Source: an uncultured Chloroflexia bacterium
GTDB lineage: Bacteria; Chloroflexota; Ktedonobacteria; Ktedonobacterales; JADMIN01
NCBI GenBank assembly: GCA_963841205.1
Contig: CAWJCH010000031.1
Coordinates: forward strand, 5,709-69,708
Length of the DNA stretch: 64,000 nt
Direction: 5' to 3'
The notes beneath the pieces are model-generated. The model did no database searches. It was not told the DNA's origin and saw only the letters and a program-made list of their open reading frames with translations. Below are positions 1 through 10,260 of the stretch, in pieces. The position numbers and the translations under genes are program-made. Numbering within the stretch: position 1 is the stretch's first letter; each line of letters starts with the position of its first letter.

Positions 1-1
1 A

Positions 2-2324
2 TCACCGCCACCAAGGCACCTGTGCGGCCTCGACCACCAGGGCCACCGACGCCTCCTGGTCGGCTGCAAGCGCGGCTAGGCCCTGTATCCACTGGCCAGC
101 TGCCACGACGCCGATCGCGGCCTGCCCCTCTGCAGGGTCGTCCTTCCAGCGGTACATATAGCCCAGGACCGCTATGTGGAGCACCGTCTCGTTCACCGGC
201 TGCCCAGCAGGTGGCACGCTCGTACCGCCGCTCAGCTGATCCGCCAGGTGGGTGTAGGCCTCAATGAGGGCGTGCACCTGGCTGTGGAGCGCCGCATCGG
301 CGTCCGCAGGGTTGCCAGGGTTGCGCACGAGGTAGCCCGTGTCGGCCAGCGCGTGGAGCACGTCAGCGGCCACCATGACGTACCGGCCCGCTGCGCCCAG
401 CGACCCCGCGATCTCTGGTGCGAGATGGCGCGAGCCGCGCTCACGCAGGTATTGATCGAAGGCGTCGCGCTCGCGTTCGGCTGCGCGGACCGCCCGGCCT
501 TGCGCTCGGGGCACCGTGTCAGAAGAGCCCAGAGCAAGGATCTGGTGCAAGGCCGCGGCTAGATCGTCGGCGACCGCGTGGTACAGATCCGCCAACGCCC
601 GGCGCAGCTGGGCGCGCAGGCCCCGCGGCCACAGCAGCAGCCCAACAACCACGCTGATCCCCACGCCCAGCGCCACATCCTCCAGGCGCACCAGCCCGAC
701 CGTCCAGCCGGAGGGCACGAGGAGGCTGAAGAGGATGATGATGACGAGCGTGAAGCCCGCCTGCCCAGCGACCAAACCGACGACGGTTCCTGCGTACGCC
801 GCGAAGAACAGCGCGACCGGGTACAGGACCCACAGGAGGGTGGTGTCGTGGCCCACCAGCACGATGCAGGGGGCGCCAATCGCCACGCCGATGACGGTGC
901 CGAGCAGCACTTGGATGGTGGACTGGCCCGTGGCAAGCGCGCTCGAGCGGAGCGCCGAAAGGGTGCCCAGCACGACCCAGAAAGCGTGGGCGACTTGCAG
1001 CACCCCGCCCAGCAACACCGCCAGGGCGAGGCCCACCGCGACGCGCAGGCTATTCTGCAGCACGCTCGAACTGGGGTGCAGATGGAGGTGTATGCGCACC
1101 CTCTCCCCGATTCCGCCGGAGCAGGGCTGCGGTGCCCGGCTCACTGGGGATGGCGAGCGGGAGGCGCAGCTCCGGCGGCAGCGGGAGGCCCGCCGCGATC
1201 AGGGCATCTGCCCCCAGCGCCAGCACCAACGAGGTGACCACGCGCAGAGGGTTATCGGCCTCGAACCTGGCCAGCACGTCCTCCGGTTGACTGTCCGCCG
1301 ACAGCTCAAGAGCCGCCCAGCGCTCGAGCGCAGCACGGTCAGCCAGTCGCGCGGCTTGGAGACCCACCAAATCGGGTGGCGCTCCACCGATCAGGACCTC
1401 GCCACTGGCCGCGAGCGTCTGTGCCACCGTGGCGGCGAGCACATCGCTTTCGCGGAGAAAGGGATACTGCGCCGCGAGCGCCTGTGCGGCATACCGTCCG
1501 CTGTAGGCCAGGAGACGCTCCAGCTCAGCCAAGAGGGCCACGAAGGCGCAGTCGCGCTGCGCGGGGCCAGCGGGGCGATGCGGCGTCGCGGCGTAGGTGC
1601 GCCGGACCGCCTGGACCGCCGTTTCAGCCGCCTGCTGCACCGGCGTGAGATCGGACGGTGCGGGCCTGATCCGCGCGGCGCGCAGCAGCGCGGCGAGGGC
1701 CTGGCAGGCGGTGGCCGCTTGGCGGCGCAGGGCAGAGTGTTCGAACCCTGGCCAGAGCACGACGCTCGCGACCGTCGAGACCGCACCCGCGATGCCCCAC
1801 CCCAGGAGGCGGGAAGGAATCGCCGTCGGCGGCGCGGGGACCGTGACGGCCAGCACGAAGGCAAGCAGCAAGGCGGATTGTGCTGCGGCGAGATAGCCCC
1901 CAAAGACCCCGGCGAACGAGACCACCAAGCCGCTCAGCAGCATCGCCAATGCGGCAACCCACGGACTGAACGAGGCAAGCGTGCCCAGGGAGAGTAGGAC
2001 GGCCCCGATCAGCGTCGTGCCCAGGTATGCGGCCGCGCGCGGTCGCCGGAGGCCGGCGAAGTCGGCGAGGACCAACAGGGCAATACAGCCGAACGCGACG
2101 AAGACCGTCACCTGCGCGTTGCGGATGACGAACCCGGCGAACGCCACAGCCAACGGGATGGTGAGCGCGGCCCGGGCCGCGCGTCGCAGGGCCATCCTGC
2201 CGGGATCGCGTGGCCTCCATGCCGGTAGGCGGGTGATGCATGGAGGGGCTCTGAATGTGCCGGTCCAGATGTCACGGGTCTGGGCAGGCGGTGTGGTTCC
2301 AGCGTGTCCGGTCTCCTCCGTCAT
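2..2324 (-). CDS. FUSC-family (fusaric-acid-resistance-like) integral membrane protein. It is read as two ORFs (1050..2324 and 2..1144) that overlap by 95 nt in different frames.
   Basis: The N-terminal ORF has a multi-TM block (LTIPLAVAFAGFVI..., GAVLLSLGTL...) followed by a long Ala/Leu-rich soluble region. The second ORF has a further TM block (LRVAVGLALAVLLGG..FWVVLGTLSAL..) and a helical tail, which is the typical two-half FUSC layout. The likely start is M at 2195 (MALRRAARAAL). Confidence 0.6.
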
Positions 2325-2528
2325 CGAAGTTCATGCCACCTTTCGGAAGCGCGCAGCCCGTGGGGCCTGAGGGGGTCGAGGGCGGCTCCTGATCATCTTG
2401 CTTATCTTCCTTGACCCAGACCCAGCGAGAATGACGCTTGACCTCGTCGCGCAGGTCCTTCGACTGCGGTGGCCCGCAGCGCCGCGGAGGAGGAGCCGCA
2501 ACGACGCGGAAATGAATCGAGGTCCGCC

Positions 2529-2708
2529 ATGGACCGATTTCCGCCGGAGACCCCGGACGACGACCCAGCGCAGATTTCGCAGTGGCTGTTCCGGCCGAGC
2601 GCACGACGCCAGCTGCGAGGGGCGTTGGTCTTCCTCAGCATCATGATTATCATTGCCTTGGTGGTGGGGAGCTTGCTCGTCCTCGCGAACCTCTTCTTGC
2701 CGCGCTGA
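2529..2708 (+). CDS. Small tail-anchored membrane protein (hypothetical)
   Basis: Acidic/Pro-rich N-terminus followed by a single C-terminal TM helix (LVFLSIMIIIALVVGSLLVLANLF). The architecture matches the ORF at 3124..3312. Confidence 0.35.
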   Translation: MDRFPPETPDDDPAQISQWLFRPSARRQLRGALVFLSIMIIIALVVGSLLVLANLFLPR

Positions 2709-2749
2709 GCGCGGCGACAATTGATTTGGCTTCCGGTTTCTGCGCGGGC

Positions 2750-2947
2750 TCAGGATCGCACCTCGACGAGGGCGACCACGTGCAGCGCCCCTCCCCACGG
2801 GATGACCTGGAAAGTGAGCACCCGCTCGACGACGAACGTCTCGCCGCGGAACTCGTCGTGCTGCTGACTGCCCGCGAGACCGTTGAGGGTATTCGCCAGG
2901 CTGGTGGGATTCTCCAGCGGGCCGAGGTGTATGGCCATCGTCTTCAC
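2750..2947 (-). CDS. Small hypothetical protein
   Basis: GGAGGG lies about 9 nt upstream of a GTG. The translation VKTMAIHLGPLENPTSLANTLNGL...VIPWGGALHVVALVEV is not low-complexity. No family was recognised. Confidence 0.3.
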   Translation of the reverse strand: MKTMAIHLGPLENPTSLANTLNGLAGSQQHDEFRGETFVVERVLTFQVIPWGGALHVVALVEVRS

Positions 2948-3123
2948 GTCACGCACCCTCCTCTCGTGCGATGGCGCCTTGCGCGCCGTCGGCCTCGGGC
3001 ACTCATGGTGGTGGCGTCGCACAGGGCGGACCGCCAGACGCGTCTTGATCTGTTTCTGCTAGGCTGCTACAATGGCCCTGCTCCTCAGTTCCTTCGCCGC
3101 CCCGCACGCCGGGAGGTAGCACC

Positions 3124-3312
3124 ATGAGCACGCCAGCACCTCGCCGATCTGCCGCGCCATCTGGCGCACCGGCTCCACCCCCGGATCGTCTGCTCGGGTC
3201 ACCACGCCAAGGCGCATTGCCTCGCGTCCTGCGGATGATCGGTCTCATCCTGATCGTGGCGCTGATCCTCCTCGGTGTCTATCTCCTTGCCGGCGCCTTC
3301 TTCCCTCAGTAA
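3124..3312 (+). CDS. Small tail-anchored membrane protein (hypothetical)
   Basis: GGGAGG lies 7 nt upstream of the ATG. The N-terminus is Pro/Ala-rich and is followed by one TM helix (MIGLILIVALILLGVYLLAGAFF). Confidence 0.45.
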   Translation: MSTPAPRRSAAPSGAPAPPPDRLLGSPRQGALPRVLRMIGLILIVALILLGVYLLAGAFFPQ

Positions 3313-3421
3313 GCGGCAGCCCTCAGCAGTCGCGAAACGACAGCGGCATCGTGCGATGTCGTCCGATTGCGGCTGAGTTACGGACCCACGGTCGCCCGCG
3401 TTCTAGGAGTGACAAGGTTCC

Positions 3422-4096
3422 GTGTGTGGATGCGAGCGGAGTGGCCCGGTGGACGAGCAGCCGACCGTGCGACCGGCGGTGCCCACCGGGCACTGGCAGG
3501 GCGAAGACGGGCGACGGCGCTCGGACGTCCGGGGCGCGCCCGAGTTCGATGCGACCATCCGCATCGCCGCCCCACTCCGGCTGCCACCGCCGCAGCTGCC
3601 ACCACCACTGTTGGCCGGGCCACGACGGCAGGCCGAAGCGCATGCGCAGTCGCCGTCTGGGGGCTATGTCGCGTACTTGGACCAGGATGCGGGCTGGCAC
3701 GTCGCGTGGGGCAGCCTCTTCCTCGCGCTCTCCGCGGCCCTGGTGCTGGTTGCCCTCGTGGCCCTGCGATTCGCGGGCCCCTACTCCCCGAGCGCCGTCG
3801 GGCTGCTCGCCCACGGCGAAGCGACCCTGCAGTTGCTCACCGCCTTCGCCGCTGCCGCGGTACTCGTCGTCGCGCTGTTCTCCCTGATCGTCCCGCCGGG
3901 GGACGGCTCGGGGCGCGCCGGCTCCGGCTTCGCCTGCTTCCTGGTGGCGATCGCGGCGGCCTACCCGCTCTACGACGCCTACTTGGCGCCATCGTCCCAG
4001 GTGCAGGGGCCGGGCGGCGGGTTCTGGCTCTGCGCCGTCGGCGTCGCGGGCATGGTCGTCGGCAGCCTCATGGCGGCGCTCAACACCTGGTCGTGA
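3422..4096 (+). CDS. Hypothetical integral membrane protein (about 4 TM)
   Basis: Four hydrophobic helices in the C-terminal two thirds (WGSLFLALSAALVLVALVAL, LLTAFAAAAVLVVALFSLIV, FACFLVAIAAAYPLY, FWLCAVGVAGMVVGSLMAAL). AGGAG lies upstream of the GTG. The start codon is uncertain. Confidence 0.5.
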   Translation: MCGCERSGPVDEQPTVRPAVPTGHWQGEDGRRRSDVRGAPEFDATIRIAAPLRLPPPQLPPPLLAGPRRQAEAHAQSPSGGYVAYLDQDAGWHVAWGSLFLALSAALVLVALVALRFAGPYSPSAVGLLAHGEATLQLLTAFAAAAVLVVALFSLIVPPGDGSGRAGSGFACFLVAIAAAYPLYDAYLAPSSQVQGPGGGFWLCAVGVAGMVVGSLMAALNTWS

Positions 4097-4250
4097 TCGC
4101 CCGGCTTCTCCCGGTCCTCACGCTCGCTCGTGGAAGCGGGCCGTCGGCGAGATCGTGCTGAAGGCGGGCATCGGGCGCCGCGCCGCGGGCGAGTATCGCC
4201 GCGTCTTCATCGTTGAGGCTGAATCCAACGCCCAGGAGGTAGCAGTCTAC

Positions 4251-4661
4251 ATGCCGAAGCAGCTCCCAAAGCCTGACCTGCCTGAGGATTCCGACTGGCC
4301 GGAGCCGATTTCGTCGTTCATGCCGCGGCCACCACGAGATGTGAGCCAACTGCCGACGGAATGGCTCAGTCAGCCGCCAGAGCTGGTCGGCGAGCCGCAC
4401 GAACGGCGGATCAGATTCGCCGGCTTCGCCGAGCAGCACGGCATCGAAGCCGAACGCCTACGCGCCGAGCTGCCCACGCTCATTGAACAGGTTGCTGAGT
4501 CAGCCAACCTCGTGACGTCGTGGGGACTCCGCCTCGAGGCGCTCGAACGCCAGGGCATGGAGCGGAGCGCCACTGAGCAGGAGGATTATGAGCGGCTCGT
4601 CGAGGCAGTACCCATACAGCGTGGGGTTTACGAGGACCTAGAGCGACTTCCGAAAAGTTGA
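4251..4661 (+). CDS. Hypothetical protein
   Basis: AGGAGG lies 11 nt upstream of the ATG (MPKQLPKPDL...). The sequence is acidic and helical, with no recognised family. Confidence 0.5.
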   Translation: MPKQLPKPDLPEDSDWPEPISSFMPRPPRDVSQLPTEWLSQPPELVGEPHERRIRFAGFAEQHGIEAERLRAELPTLIEQVAESANLVTSWGLRLEALERQGMERSATEQEDYERLVEAVPIQRGVYEDLERLPKS

Positions 4662-4669
4662 GGCAGGCA

Positions 4670-5752
4670 TAGGTTGTGCAGGGTGGACGAGTATGCGTGC
4701 CTATTCGACCGATCTGAAAGAACGCTTGGTGCGAGCGGTGGCGAACGGTCAGCCCATGCGAGAAGCCGCTCGCCGCTTTGACGTGGCCGTGACGACCGTG
4801 AAACGCGCCGTGGTGCGCCAAAGCGAGACCGGCTCGCTCGCGCGCAAGCCGATTCCGGGTCGCCCGCGCGCGATCGGCCCCGCGCAGGAGCCGACGCTGC
4901 GCGCCCGGCTGGCGGCGGCGCCCGACGCGACGGTCTTGGAGCATGGTGCCTGGTGGGCAGAGCACCAGGGGCAGCAACTGAGCGAAGTGACCATGTGGCG
5001 AGCGCTGCATCGCCTCGGCTGGACGCATAAAAAAAGTCACGGGCAGCCAGCGAGCGTGACGAGGCGGCACGGGCGGCCTGGCGGGCAGCGGTCGCGCACC
5101 TTGACCCCGAGCAGTTCGTCTTCGTCGACGAAAGCGGCACGCACATCGCCTTGACGCGCCTCTACGGCTGGGCGCCCCACGACCGGCGAGCCACTGGCGC
5201 GGTGCCGCGCAACCACGGCAAGAACACCACGCTCGTGGCGGCGCTCACCCCCGACGGCCTGCACGTGCCCTGGCTGATCGAGGGGGCGATGGATACCGAA
5301 ACCTTCGCCTGGTACATCGCCGAGCAACTCGGGCCGACGCTGCGGCCAGGGCAGGTGGTCGTGCTCGATAATGTGAGCGTCCACAAGGCCGCCCGCATTC
5401 GCCAGGCCCTCGAAGCGCGCGGCTGCTCGCTGCTCTTCTTGCCGCCGTACTCGCCCGACTGCACGCCGATCGAGCAGGCGTTCTCGAAGGTCAAAGCCCA
5501 CCTGCGCAGACTGGGCGCCCGCACCAAGGAGGCGCTCCAAGAAGCCGTCCGCCTCGCCCTCGAGGCGATTACTCCCAAGGATGCGGCGGCGTGGTTCGCC
5601 CACGCCGGGTACGCCCTGCCTGCTCAAGCTATGTGAATGTTGCTCTAAAACGGCGCCGTGCACAGACGGTCGCACAGATTGCGTACCACCGACGTACGGC
5701 GCTGAGTTGGCTAAGGCGCAGCGAGAGCGAACAGTAGCAACACCACTGCACG
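4670..5752 (+). mobile_element. IS630-family insertion sequence (ends approximate)
   Basis: Encloses the two-frame transposase. The weak terminal similarity (GTGCAGGGTGG at the left, CCACTGCAC at the right) was judged by eye only. Confidence 0.45.
4693..5636 (+). CDS. IS630-family (Tc1/mariner-like) transposase, two frames joined by a -1 slip on A AAA AAG
   Basis: ORF1 (4693..5154) has an HTH N-terminus. ORF2 (frame -1, to 5636) has a DDE region with FVDESG, VVVLDNVSVHK and FLPPYSPDCTPIEQAF. The A7G run at 5029-5036 sits exactly where the second frame opens (..HKK|SLTASERDEAARAAW..). Confidence 0.85.
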
Positions 5753-6221
5753 GGGCGAGTCGTGTGCTGCCGAGCACGGCCCGCCCTTTTTTGGTGTCTT
5801 TGGTGCCTTCGGAATGTTGGCGTTCTTATTCATGCACCACCAGGCGCCCAACGCCGAACTGCGATGCACCACCGTAGGGTTAGTCATGGTCTTGGCGCGC
5901 TTTCGCGCAGGTTCGGAGCGCTGCCCGGCGGACTCCGCATAGCAGCTCGGCAACGTCACCGCCAGCACGCGGTCATCATGTGCTCCTGCCGGCCAATTCG
6001 CTGCACTCACCGCAGAGGACGCGGGAAGTTCGTGGCCATGTCCTCACGCTTCAGGTGCCCCAGACCGCCGCTTTGCCTTCGCCTCGACGCGTGCGGAATG
6101 ACGGGCTACTGGGAAGACGCCCCGCATCGTGACGTCGCGCAGCACCGCCTGGAGAGCTTCTTGCAGGGTCAAAGGGGTGACCTGACACGCGTGCTCGTGG
6201 CGCATGCTCAGGAGGCCGTCC

Positions 6222-6251
6222 CTCGGGTGTCCTCCGCTCGGGTGTCCTCCG
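6222..6251. repeat. 15-bp direct tandem repeat x2 (CTCGGGTGTCCTCCG)
   Basis: Read directly from the sequence. It lies about 55 nt upstream of the likely histidine kinase start. Confidence 0.9.
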
Positions 6252-6304
6252 AAGGATACCCTCCTGTCGCGCGTGCCCTCGGGGTTGGAAACAGGGCTGC
6301 TCCC

Positions 6305-8257
6305 ATGTCGTCGATGTCACCGATACGATCCGTCCCCCACTTCGCCGGCGCCTCGCGCGCCTCCTCGGGCTGGCGTTGGGGCAGGGACCTGCTGCACGAT
6401 CGGTTGCTGCTGGGCATCGTGGTGGCCTGCGCGCTCCTGCTCGGCTTCCAACTGGCGCTGCTCCTCCGCCAACCGCCGTGGATCGCGCCGGCCATCGACG
6501 GGCTCCGCGCCGCCTTGAGTTGGCCCGAAGTGGCGATCGTGGTCAGCGTCAGCCTCTGGCTCGGCCGCCGGCACCGACCGGAGGCGCTCTCGTGGTGGCT
6601 GTTCAGCGGGGCTGCATTGTGCTACGCGATCGCGCGGACATGGTGGACGCTGGACGACGCGCTGATCTACCACCACGGCGTCCCCTTCCCGATCCTCCCC
6701 GACCTCTTCTTCGTGCTGCAGTACCCCTTCTACTTCCTCGCGGTGAGCCTCTTCCCCCTCGACGGCGTCTGGGGCGCTCGCCTGCTGGTGACGCTGGATG
6801 CCCTGCTCTGGATGGGGGCGGCGGCCGCCGTTTTCTGGTATTTCCTCCTCGCGCCGCTCTACATGGCGAGCGGGTTCTCGCCCCTCGCCAAGGCGGTCAG
6901 CCTGGGCTACCCGATCGCCGATCTCTTCCTGCTGCTCGCCCTCTTGCTGATCCTGCTGCGCACGCTGCGCCACGACGAGGATCGCCCGGTCGTGGGGCTC
7001 ATCGCTGCGAGCTTCGCCTGCCTGATCGTGGCCGATGCCGGGGCCACCTTCCTCATCCTGCCTCCACCTCATGAGTACCGGACGGGGCAGTTCCCCGATT
7101 TCTTCTGGCTCGCCTCCGACCTGCTCATCCCGCTCGCGGCCGTCGTTCAGGTGCGCGTGGTCCAGCGCGTCGAGTCCGCGGGGCGGGCGGCGCCCGAGGG
7201 CCTGGAGCGCCCGCGCCTGCACACGCTCGACGCGGTGAGCGTCCGGGGGGCTCTCCGCCTCTTCCTGCCGCTCGTCGCCGCGCTGCTGGCGACCATGGCG
7301 ATCGTCCTCCGCGCCGCCATGAATGCCCGGGCGGGTGCCACGTGGGAGCAACTCATCGTGCCAGTGCTCGTGAGCGTCGTCCTCCTACTCCTCGTCATCG
7401 TGCGCCAGGCGGTCATGTTCCTGGAGATGGCGCGGCTACGCCAATCGGTCCTGGCTGCGCAGGCCGAGCAGCGGGCGCGACGCGAGCTCGATCGGCGCAA
7501 GGACGAGTTCCTGGCCGTGGTCAGCCACGAGATGCGCACCCCCCTGACCAGCCTGGAGATGTTCCTCGGCCTCGTCGCACGCCGCCCCGACTCGCCGCCA
7601 CCGCGGGAGGCGCTCGCCTATTCCCAACACAGCATCCACCGTCTCGCCCGGCTCGCCGACGATCTCGTGGACGACACGCGCGTCGTCCACGGCCGCCTCA
7701 CCCTGCGCATGGAACCGTGCGACCTGGGCACCATCGCGCGCGCGGCCGTCGAGGAGCAGCGCGCGGCGGAGCCGACGCGGGCCATCCTGCTGCACCCGCC
7801 GGTGGGCGGCCAACCCCTGCCGATCCGCGCCGACGCCGAGCGGATCGGCCAGGTGGTCACCAACTACCTGACGAACGCGCTCAAGTACTCCGCCGCGGAC
7901 CAGCCCGTCGCGGTCTGCCTGGCGAAGGTGAGGATTGCGAGCGGGGCCAGGGAGTGCATTGGCGAACTGGGCGAGGCGGGCGAGACGCGTGAGGAGGCGC
8001 GCGTCTCGGTGCACGATGAAGGCATCGGCGTGCCGCTCGCCGATCAGCCGCACGTCTGGGAACGCTTCTACGTCGTCGAGGGCACCACGGTCCAGAGCGG
8101 CTCCGGCACCAGCCTGGGCCTCGGCTTGTACGTCTGCAAGGCCATCATCGAGCAGCATGACGGCCACGTGGGGCTCGACAGCGCCCCCGGCCAGGGCTCC
8201 ACCTTCTGGTTCACGCTGCCTCTCATGGCTTGCCCCCTGGATCTGGCGCGGGGGTGA
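6305..8257 (+). CDS. Membrane-embedded sensor histidine kinase (orphan; no adjacent response regulator)
   Basis: About ten N-terminal TM helices, an H-box FLAVVSHEMRTPLTSL, and HATPase_c motifs (VTNYLTNALKY, HDEGIGV, GSGTSLGLGLYVCKAIIEQHDGHV). The ORF extends upstream to 5762, but that part is Arg/Cys-rich and does not look coding. Confidence 0.85.
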   Translation: MSSMSPIRSVPHFAGASRASSGWRWGRDLLHDRLLLGIVVACALLLGFQLALLLRQPPWIAPAIDGLRAALSWPEVAIVVSVSLWLGRRHRPEALSWWLFSGAALCYAIARTWWTLDDALIYHHGVPFPILPDLFFVLQYPFYFLAVSLFPLDGVWGARLLVTLDALLWMGAAAAVFWYFLLAPLYMASGFSPLAKAVSLGYPIADLFLLLALLLILLRTLRHDEDRPVVGLIAASFACLIVADAGATFLILPPPHEYRTGQFPDFFWLASDLLIPLAAVVQVRVVQRVESAGRAAPEGLERPRLHTLDAVSVRGALRLFLPLVAALLATMAIVLRAAMNARAGATWEQLIVPVLVSVVLLLLVIVRQAVMFLEMARLRQSVLAAQAEQRARRELDRRKDEFLAVVSHEMRTPLTSLEMFLGLVARRPDSPPPREALAYSQHSIHRLARLADDLVDDTRVVHGRLTLRMEPCDLGTIARAAVEEQRAAEPTRAILLHPPVGGQPLPIRADAERIGQVVTNYLTNALKYSAADQPVAVCLAKVRIASGARECIGELGEAGETREEARVSVHDEGIGVPLADQPHVWERFYVVEGTTVQSGSGTSLGLGLYVCKAIIEQHDGHVGLDSAPGQGSTFWFTLPLMACPLDLARG

Positions 8258-8645
8258 AGAGAAGTGCTGCAGTGGGGAGCATGCCAATCACTCGATTGTC
8301 ATGATGGTGGCACGCCGGTCTCGTCGACGTACCGCGCCGGCGCTCGTCGTGCCACTCCGCACGCCAGCCACAAACCCCGGTGCAACCTGTAATATGGCTT
8401 GATTGTTTGATTGCTTTCCGCTAGCGGTAGTATCGCATTTTTGATATGGAACGCAAGTACTATCGCTCCTGACGATGACGGCATAGACGCAGGGGGGTGC
8501 TGCGTGAAGGGGGCAGTACTGACTTTTGTCCGGGAACGATCCGGATAGACGGCCAACCATGCCCCACCCTAGACTCTGTCCCAGATGCGGTACATGGCCG
8601 CGTCAGCGGATCGCGCATGGTCGAGTGTTTGAGGAGGTCAACACG

Positions 8646-9200
8646 ATGCACCAAACACACCGCACGCGGAGGACTATCTCGGCGGCCTTGGCGATTTTCG
8701 CGGCGCTCTTTCTCGCCGCGCTGGGCACGTTGACGGCACAGGCTCGCCCCTTCCACGCGGCCTATAAGTCCTCGAACCCCGCGGCGAACTCGGTCCTCAA
8801 GTCTGCGCCCACCATCGTCTCCATCACCTTCGTGCAGAAGCTCGACCCGCAAGGGCTGCACATCACGGTCTACGACAACAAGGCCGACGTCGTTTCTACG
8901 GGCACGGCGCAGATCTCGGCGACCGATCCATACACGGCGACAGTCAAAATGAAGGGCGATGGCTCCGACATCTATCGCGTGGACTGGAACAACGTCTCCG
9001 CCGAGGATGGCGATCCGACGCTCGGCGCGTTCGTCTTCGCCGTGGACCCCAGCGGCAAGAGCGATAAGGTCACGTCCACCACGACAACCGTCACCACATC
9101 CACAGGTGTCTCCCCATGGGCAGCTGTGCTCATTGGCATCGCCGGTCTTATCGTCGGCGCCGCTGGCACGTACTATGGGCTTCGCTCGCGCAGGGGCTAG
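8646..9200 (+). CDS. CopC-domain protein with signal peptide and C-terminal TM anchor
   Basis: GAGGAGG lies upstream of the ATG. A signal peptide is followed by FHAAYKSSNPAANSVL...VSITF...ITVYD...YRVDWNNVSAEDGDPTLGAF, the CopC beta-sandwich pattern. A Thr-rich linker and TM helix (AAVLIGIAGLIVGAAG) follow. Confidence 0.75.
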   Translation: MHQTHRTRRTISAALAIFAALFLAALGTLTAQARPFHAAYKSSNPAANSVLKSAPTIVSITFVQKLDPQGLHITVYDNKADVVSTGTAQISATDPYTATVKMKGDGSDIYRVDWNNVSAEDGDPTLGAFVFAVDPSGKSDKVTSTTTTVTTSTGVSPWAAVLIGIAGLIVGAAGTYYGLRSRRG

Positions 9201-9351
9201 GGGTCGGCGCACCCGTACTGTCCAGGCGGCGCGCTTCTCCCGCCACGATTGTCCTAAAAGCAGCCTTATCTATCCCACTGACCGCTTTTCCCAGCTAACA
9301 TGTTTCGACGGGCTGGCTAACAAGAGAGCGGCGTAACCGTGGGGCGAAGGC

Positions 9352-9654
9352 GCCAAGATCGCGCCGCTCGAAATGGGCGAGGTAGCACCCGGTGACGGCC
9401 ACCGAGGAATGCCCGAGCCCTCCCACTTGCTCGGGCGTTCCTATCGACATAGAGAGGGGACAACATGGCAAGCCGATGACGAGGACTATGAGACACCAGA
9501 GGATGCGCTCTGGGCGGCGAAACGTCGAGAGGCGAGGAGCTTCCCCGAACCCGCGCGGAGCGCGCAGCTGAAACTCATCGACGACAAACAGTACGGTGTG
9601 AGATCTCCCCGGCACACGCCCCACATGGAAGTAGTCGACGAGCGCGTCGTGGAT
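9352..9654 (-). pseudogene. Possible C-terminal remnant of a tyrosine recombinase
   Basis: IHDALVDYFHVG ... GTPEQVGGLGHSSVAVTGCYLAH resembles the HxLRH ... LGHSS..T..Y box II of integrases. The spacing is abnormal and no upstream catalytic region exists. Confidence 0.25.
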
Positions 9655-9817
9655 GCCGACTAACACTGATCAATTACGGAAGGTGGCAAACGGGTGAGCA
9701 GCGACACGGCGGAGACGACGAAACCTGCGCCTGGGCCCCGGCCAGGGCCATGTACGGGTGCGCCGATCCCGTGCTGATGTCAATGGTTCTTAGGCGCTGC
9801 TTATGGCAGGCTGCTAC

Positions 9818-10081
9818 TCACAAAATGACGCAGTTGCCGACCCGTGTGAGGGCGTCGGAATATTCCGGACCGGTTGCGTAGGTCAGCTCTATCCGTATAG
9901 GGCGCTCCCAGCGCGTACCCGCTATGGTGATGTGAACCAGCCCAGGAACAAACCGGACGCCGCCTGGCTCAACATTTGCATCGGCGACTCCGTACTCCAT
10001 GGCTACGGCCCGCACGGCGGAACGCAACCACAGTTCAAGCATGACTGGGTCCATGCGCTCTCCACCATTCAGTGATGTCAT
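9818..10081 (-). CDS. Hypothetical protein in an AT-richer patch
   Basis: Non-repetitive translation (MDPVMLELWLRSAVRAVAMEYGVADANVEPGG...). No family was recognised and there is no clear RBS. Confidence 0.3.
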   Translation of the reverse strand: MTSLNGGERMDPVMLELWLRSAVRAVAMEYGVADANVEPGGVRFVPGLVHITIAGTRWERPIRIELTYATGPEYSDALTRVGNCVIL

Positions 10082-10260
10082 TTCGATGTGCGAGCAGGCG
10101 GCAGTGCCTGCAGCTGCCGTAGTTCGGCAGTGCCTGCCATTACACTGCGCTTGCTAGGTCCCAGGTCAATCACCAATTTGGCCCTGTTGCTATGTTGAGC
10201 AACTCGACGGCGATCATTAGGTTCACTGACTGCTCGATGAGCGCAAGCTGGTGAGGGCGG

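Noticed and set aside
516-1997. Long ORFs antisense or out of frame to recognisable genes. Examples: 516..1997 +, 6317..7351 -, 12748..14178 -, 28195..30024 +, 52092..53483 +, 54144..55187 -, 58821..59843 -.
   Set aside because: Their translations are Arg/Pro/Gly/Ala-rich low-complexity strings with no motifs. Each overlaps a gene with clear family signatures on the other strand or frame. This is the usual stop-codon-poor shadow ORF of GC-rich DNA.
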